A DNA stretch of 64,000 nt. It comes from Blepharisma stoltei ATCC 30299. Lineage: Eukaryota > Protista > Ciliophora. Positions 58,474-64,000 of the stretch are shown piece after piece (position 1 is the stretch's first letter; the number at the start of each line of letters is the position of its first letter). The stretch is from assembly GCA_965603825.1 (NCBI GenBank), contig CBFDEM010000039.1, positions 124,001 through 188,000 on the forward strand, written 5' to 3'. The notes beneath the pieces were generated by a model. That model did no database searches and was not told the DNA's origin. It worked only from the letters and a program-made list of their open reading frames with translations. Made by a program: the position numbers and the translations under genes.

Positions 58474-59463
58474 ATGAGAAGCAACGAAGAAGAAAGACTT
58501 AGACACGTTGGCGACCTTGTGGGTCACAATGGATGGGTTACTTCTCTTGCTACCGGCAATGAAGAGCACGGCAACCTTCTCGTTTCTGCCTCCAGAGATC
58601 GTTCACTCCTCATATGGAACGTTGACCTGTCTCAAGAACAAGGCTACATCCAAACAGTCACTGCTAACCCTCATAGATCCTTAAAAGGCCACTCTCACTT
58701 TATTTCAGACGTCGTCCTGTCCTCTGACAACAACTTTGCCCTCACCGGATCTTGGGATACCACCATGAGACTTTGGGACTTGCGTGCAGGCCGCACCACT
58801 TACAGATTTGTAGGACACTCCAAAGACATTTTGACAGTCGCTATGTCCCCAGACAACCGTCAGATCCTTTCTGGTTCTCGTGACAAGACAATCAAGCTTT
58901 GGAACACCATTGCAGAGATGAAATACGAGTTTGACACAGAATCTTCTCACTCTGACTGGGTTTCCTCAGTAAGGTTCACCCCTACCACAAAAGACCCACT
59001 TATTGTGTCAGCTGGGTGGGACAACACAATCAAGCTCTGGGAACAACAGACCTATAAGCTTAAGCACAACCTGATTGGCCACACAGGCTGCATTAACTCT
59101 ATTACTATTTCTCCAGACGGAAACTTCTGTGCTTCAGGAGGAAAGGACTGCAGCGTCATGATCTGGCACATCAAGGACCAAGTCTTGTTATACCAACTTG
59201 ACACTGGGTCATCAGTAAATGCTTTGGCATTTTCACCTACAAGGTATTGGCTTGCTGCAGCTACTGATAGCGGAATTAAAGTCTGGGATTTAGACTCAAA
59301 GACCTTGATCAATGACTTTGTACCAGAGAAGTTCGGAAAGGACGGACAGACCAGAATTAGATCACCTGGAGCTTTATCAGTGGCTTGGTCTGGAAATGGA
59401 GACGTACTGTACGGAGGATTCACTGATGGAGTCATTAGAGCTTATGCAGTCTCACAAGAATAA
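58474..59463 (+). CDS. RACK1: RACK1, 40S ribosomal WD40 scaffold
   Basis: GHNGWVTSLA, SASRD, GHSHFISDV, FALTGSWD.TMRLWDL, RQILSGSRDKTIKLWN, RYWLAAAT motifs. Confidence 0.96.
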   Translation: MRSNEEERLRHVGDLVGHNGWVTSLATGNEEHGNLLVSASRDRSLLIWNVDLSQEQGYIQTVTANPHRSLKGHSHFISDVVLSSDNNFALTGSWDTTMRLWDLRAGRTTYRFVGHSKDILTVAMSPDNRQILSGSRDKTIKLWNTIAEMKYEFDTESSHSDWVSSVRFTPTTKDPLIVSAGWDNTIKLWEQQTYKLKHNLIGHTGCINSITISPDGNFCASGGKDCSVMIWHIKDQVLLYQLDTGSSVNALAFSPTRYWLAAATDSGIKVWDLDSKTLINDFVPEKFGKDGQTRIRSPGALSVAWSGNGDVLYGGFTDGVIRAYAVSQE

Positions 59464-59534
59464 ATATAAACGTCATGCCTATAGGCGACAGCCTTCGAAA
59501 GAGGGAGGAAGGACATAATAAAAATTCTTAAAAA

Positions 59535-60416
59535 ATGGCTGCCCCTAATTATTATAAGCCGACGCTGTCAGCGAATAATTATGAGTATACCAATAGGGAG
59601 CAGGACTTAATTAAGCAAGCTTTTGAAGCGGGGAATTATACGTATTTGTCAAAGTTTCCGCATAGGCTGAAGCCGTTGAGCTTGACGAATAATTTGAAGA
59701 AATTGTCAAGAAGCGTTTTAGAGACGCCAAGGAAGCCTAGAAGTTTAAGTTTATCTAAGAACCATTTTGAATGAATGCCAGATAGCTACAACAACTGAAA
59801 AGAAGCTCTCTCAAAAGAAAGGCAAAAAAACAAAGAAAAACGTGAATTGATTAGCCAAAATGAATTCCGATGGCCTGGCATTTCCAAAAAATCAAAAGCG
59901 CACGAAGGCTTTTCTGATGGAAAGCGAGCCTATATTACAATAGACGATCCATTTGACTCATTTGACAGTCAAGCCTACAGAATGAAATGAATAAAAGAAT
60001 GCCAAATGCCAAGCGAAACTTTTCGGCCACCTTTAAAGCCAGAAACAAACCTATCAAAAATGCAAATTAGAGATATGATAAGCTTTATCAAGAATAAAAT
60101 AGTAGTTGATTGAGAAGACTGTATGTTTGTCATAGGAATTAACAGTGACGATATGATAGAAATCAGGTTTGAAGAAGAAACTATAGAAAATCCTAAAGGC
60201 TTACATAATTATATGAATTTACTGATAGAAAATGATGAAGAAATCCATTATTATAAGCTTAGAAAGATTGTCCAGAAATGAGGATTTAAAACAGACGGGT
60301 TCATTACTTATGTAATGAGCCCTCCCTGGGTGCATTCAAGAGTCTCCGATACATTTTACAGCTTACACCCTGAACAAAGTCCAAAAGGCTCAGCATTTTC
60401 ATCTATAACTAATTAA
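59535..60416 (+). CDS. Hypothetical protein, 293 aa (only the first 79 aa appear in the track)
   Basis: Open to TAA 60414-60416 with five in-frame TGA. Confidence 0.78.
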
Positions 60417-60468
60417 TTTATTTTCCCTCATAAATTTTTGCAAAATTCCTTGTCTTATAAGTGGTAAA

Positions 60469-61638
60469 ATGGAGGAAGACTATTTGCAAGATCTTCTGAA
60501 AAAGGAAAAAGAGCTAAGACAAGCTGAAGAAGTCAACGCCTCAGAGTCGCAAAAAGTCATATGCGAAATCATAGAAAGAGTCCGACAGACTGGAAACTGG
60601 GAATCTGTCGCTGAATGGATCCAAGCTTTGGCTAAACGTCGTAGGCAGCCTAAACAAGCTATTACAGGCATGATTCAGCTCGCCATTAGTTATCTTGACT
60701 CCTTACCTAAAGGCCACCCTCTGCTTTTAGTCCTCAGAAAAGTCTCTGAAGGAAAAATCTACTTAGAAGTCGAGTTTGCCAGGCTTACAAAAACATTAGC
60801 AGAACTTAAAGAACAAGAAGGAAACATAGAAGAGGCATCAAGTCTTCTACAAGAAGTCCAAGTAGAGACTTATGGATCTATGGACAAGAACGAAAAACTC
60901 AATTATTTGCTGGAACAGTTAAGGCTTCTATTAGCTCTCAAAGACTATGTGAGATTTTTTATAATTTCTAAAAAAGTCAATAGAAAAGTTTTGGACGAGC
61001 CTGGAATGGAGCCAGCCAAGGTAAAATTTTTAGAATTCATGATCCAATACTATGATTACCAAAAAAGCTATATGGACTCTGCGCTGTCTTACCAAACCCT
61101 TTATGAAGTCCAAGGCCAAGGCTTTGATGCAGCATCTGCTTTACAACAAATGGTTTTAAATTTATTGTTAGTCCCTTATAGTGCTGAACAAAGTGACTTA
61201 CTTAGAAGAGTTGAAGATAAAGAGGAGCTTGAATCTAGCTTGAGACATGTGATAAAGATTTTATTGGGAAAAGAAATAGGAAAAGTTCCAAGCGAAATTC
61301 AAGTGTTATTAAGCCCAGAAAAATGGAATTTATTGAGGAGAAGAATAAATCAGCATAATATCAGGGTTGTCCAAAGCTATTATTCAAAAATTACTTTAAA
61401 TAGACTTGCGGAATTGCTGGAGTACACTGTTGATGAAACTGAAGCAGAAATTAGAGATATGGTCAGCTATATGGGATTTTCTGCAAAAATAAACAGGCCA
61501 GAAAAATATATTTATTTTGCGAAACCTTCAGAGCCACAAAATCAATTAAATGAGTGGGGAAGTGATATTTTTGGACTGCTTAATCGCTTAGAAGAAATTA
61601 CTCACTTAATTCACAGAGAGCATATAGTCGCCTCATAA
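60469..61638 (+). CDS. RPN5: 26S proteasome lid subunit RPN5/PSMD12
   Basis: EKELRQ, EGKIYLEVE.ARLT, QVETYGSM, HNIRVV..YYSKITL.RL (PCI), AKINRP, LNEW, HLIHRE motifs. Confidence 0.94.
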   Translation: MEEDYLQDLLKKEKELRQAEEVNASESQKVICEIIERVRQTGNWESVAEWIQALAKRRRQPKQAITGMIQLAISYLDSLPKGHPLLLVLRKVSEGKIYLEVEFARLTKTLAELKEQEGNIEEASSLLQEVQVETYGSMDKNEKLNYLLEQLRLLLALKDYVRFFIISKKVNRKVLDEPGMEPAKVKFLEFMIQYYDYQKSYMDSALSYQTLYEVQGQGFDAASALQQMVLNLLLVPYSAEQSDLLRRVEDKEELESSLRHVIKILLGKEIGKVPSEIQVLLSPEKWNLLRRRINQHNIRVVQSYYSKITLNRLAELLEYTVDETEAEIRDMVSYMGFSAKINRPEKYIYFAKPSEPQNQLNEWGSDIFGLLNRLEEITHLIHREHIVAS

Positions 61639-61652
61639 TTTATGAATTAGGG

Positions 61653-62816
61653 TTAATAAAATTTATTGTTTATACGCTTCCATATTCTAAACGAATGCAG
61701 CTCTTTTATATAAATTACTCGGCTAGAAATTTTGGTTAAACGATTGATTATAATTCCACACATTTTTGCTTTTTTGAGGAGTTCTGTGACTGATTCAATT
61801 GATCTTTGGCGCTTCAAAGGTAATTCAGGCTCTGGGGTGTTTTGCAAATTTAAAGCTTGGGAAACCACTTGTGAAAGCATATTGTTATTTCATTCAGCTT
61901 TACGAGATCTTGCTCTTTCTAGCAAAGTTAATGCTTCATTGTCAAGCAAATTTGCAGCTGTTTTAGGAAGCCTAGAGGATTTTAAGCATGGGTTAAGAGT
62001 AGCTAAAGCTTGAGATGTTGATGCATTTTCATTAGAAATATGAGCAGGGGCACTTTGAATGGGAGCTTCAATAGGATTTGTCTTCTTTTCTGCGTCTCCA
62101 CTAATAATTGTTTGCGCATTTTGAATGGAGGCATCAAAAGGATTTGCCTTCTTTTCTACATCTGAGTAAATATTTTTTTGGGCATTTTGAATAGGAGTTT
62201 CATGAAAATTTGGCTTCTTTACAGCATCTGCATTAGCAGTTTTTTGGACATTTTGAATAGGAGCTTCAATAGCATTTGGCTTCTTTACTTCATCTTCTTT
62301 AATGGCTTTTTGGGCTTTTTGAATGGGAGCTTCAATAGGATTTGATTTCTTTTCTGAATCTTTTTTAATTGCTTTTTTTGCATTTTCATTTGCATTTTCA
62401 TTTGCAGTTTTATTTGAAAATTCTCTTGATTTTTGCTCTGTTTCTGAGCCTATTTTAATGATTTTTTCTTTTAATGGAAATTCCGCTACATAAGAATTTT
62501 TAAAATTTCTGATTTTTTCCTTTACAGGGAGCTGTTCCATAGAAGAATCTTTAAGTGGCTTTTCTTTTTCTTTAGCTGGAGCAGGTGGATTTACATTTAA
62601 AGAAGCATGAGAATATGCATGAGCTTTTATAAGGATATTATGGACCACTTTAGAGCATACTCCGCATTTGAATTTCCCAGGACTCAGCTCATCAAATGGT
62701 ATTTTATCAACTTCAACTTGAGAAGATTTAGATGTTTGAGTTTCTGCTTGATTGAAGCTATTTTTCTTTATTTCCATGAAGGATTGCTTATTTATTTGGG
62801 CTTTATTTTCAATCAT
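61653..62816 (-). CDS. Hypothetical protein with one C2H2-like finger and 22-aa repeats, 387 aa
   Basis: CGVC...HAYSH; TGA 61890 joins the two track ORFs in frame. Confidence 0.7.
62050..62385 (-). repeat. 66-bp coding tandem repeat, five units
   Basis: TTGAAT(G/A)G anchors at 62055, 62121, 62187, 62253 and 62319. Confidence 0.88.
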
Positions 62817-63135
62817 CTGAAAATTATTTTGGGGGATTTAGACAAATAAGCATATTTTTTATTTTTATTAATTCAAAGATTTTTAATAAGCATAAGCAAG
62901 CATTGATTAGAATTTTCTATTTAAATATTATAGTTAAGTGATTTACTAGTAATTTATGATAATATATTTGAAAATAGTTTTTAAGGTTTCATTTTTGAAA
63001 TAAATAAACAAAGCGGATTGATACCTTGAAATATTAATCTATGATAGCTGATTTTTATGGTATTAAACTATCATTTCTTTAAATAATGTTTTTCTTATTT
63101 AACTGTTAAATTTTCGTATCGATAAATATTTAAAA

Positions 63136-64000
63136 ATGGGAATTAACGATTTTGAGTTTTTAAACAAGCTTGGTGAAGGGTCTTATTCCACAGTTTACAA
63201 AGTAAAAAGAAAGGTCGACAACCAAATATATGCACTTAAAAAGATCAAATTTGGTTCAATGTCTTCCCGTGACAAGCAAAATGCTCTTAATGAAATCCGT
63301 ATATTAGCATCAATCAACCATCCTAACATTGTTTCATATAAAGAAGCATTTATTGATGAAGGCACATCAACCCTCTGCTTAATTATGGATTTTGCAGAGC
63401 AGGGCGATTTATTGCAGCAAATCCAAAACCACAAAAAAAATAACACCTATTTTTCTGAGCAAGAAATTTGGGATATTTTATACCAGTCCACCACTGGTCT
63501 TAAGCTTTTGCATGACATGAAAATTCTGCATCGTGACATAAAGTCCGCAAATATTTTTCTGTCATCTGAAAGTGCTGTTAAACTTGGAGATTTAAATGTC
63601 TCAAAAATAGTTAACGGTTTGGCTTATACCCAAACTGGAACTCCTTATTATGCATCGCCTGAAATATGGAAAGATCTGCCATATGACTCTAAAAGCGATA
63701 TATGGTCACTTGGATGTGTCATTTATGAGCTAGCTGCTTTAGAGCCACCTTTTAAATCTGCAGATATGAAAGGCTTATATCGAAAAGTAACTTCTGGGAA
63801 AATCCCAAGACTGCCTGACAATTATTCCTCAGACTTAAATCTCATAATAAAATGTATGCTGCAAGTTAAACCAAGTAGCAGACCATCCTGTGAGCAATTG
63901 CTTGAAATGCCTGCTGTTAGCAGAAATATCCATATTAGAAATGACGTTGAAATCATTGAAAATAATGGAATGCTAGAAACCATCAGGCTACCTCCAAGCC
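63136..64000 (+). CDS. NEK/NIMA-family kinase, 3'-truncated by the window edge
   Basis: LGEGSYS.V, YALKK, ALNEIRILAS, HRDIKSANIFL, KLGDLNVSK, TQTGTPYYASPEIW, KSDIWSLG motifs. Confidence 0.93.
   Translation, partial: MGINDFEFLNKLGEGSYSTVYKVKRKVDNQIYALKKIKFGSMSSRDKQNALNEIRILASINHPNIVSYKEAFIDEGTSTLCLIMDFAEQGDLLQQIQNHKKNNTYFSEQEIWDILYQSTTGLKLLHDMKILHRDIKSANIFLSSESAVKLGDLNVSKIVNGLAYTQTGTPYYASPEIWKDLPYDSKSDIWSLGCVIYELAALEPPFKSADMKGLYRKVTSGKIPRLPDNYSSDLNLIIKCMLQVKPSSRPSCEQLLEMPAVSRNIHIRNDVEIIENNGMLETIRLPPS

Noticed and set aside
1-64000. CRISPR arrays, tRNA/rRNA genes, transposase or reverse transcriptase ORFs
   Set aside because: None recognisable by eye; the repeats are explained by gene duplication.

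Overview
Eukaryotic, AT-rich, gene-dense DNA that reads as the somatic (macronuclear) genome of a heterotrich ciliate, most likely Blepharisma. In-frame TGA falls repeatedly at conserved Trp positions, genes end only in TAA or TAG, and every intron I can support is a 15-nt GT-AG intron. The supplied ORF track uses the standard code, so it fragments or misses many genes. The flanks (1-13 kb and 48.8-64 kb) are very compact housekeeping regions. They hold kelch, FYVE, TM9SF-like, MATE, COQ2, FZR1/CDH1, PEX19, a MYND-Aurora-like kinase, Alba, a RAP-like protein, TPR-RCC1-filamin, RACK1, RPN5 and a NEK kinase, with gaps as short as 5-14 bp. The centre (15.5-48.6 kb) is a birth-and-death tandem array of ten white/ABCG half-transporter genes plus one fragment. 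The array includes a chimeric copy, pseudogenes, one copy lacking the shared intron, an interposed EBS/SHL-like BAH-PHD gene, and decayed gene remnants in long spacers. A 1.3-kb FZR1/PEX19 tandem duplication and an isolated atypical kinase-like gene precede the array. All calls are from reading the sequence; no searches were run.
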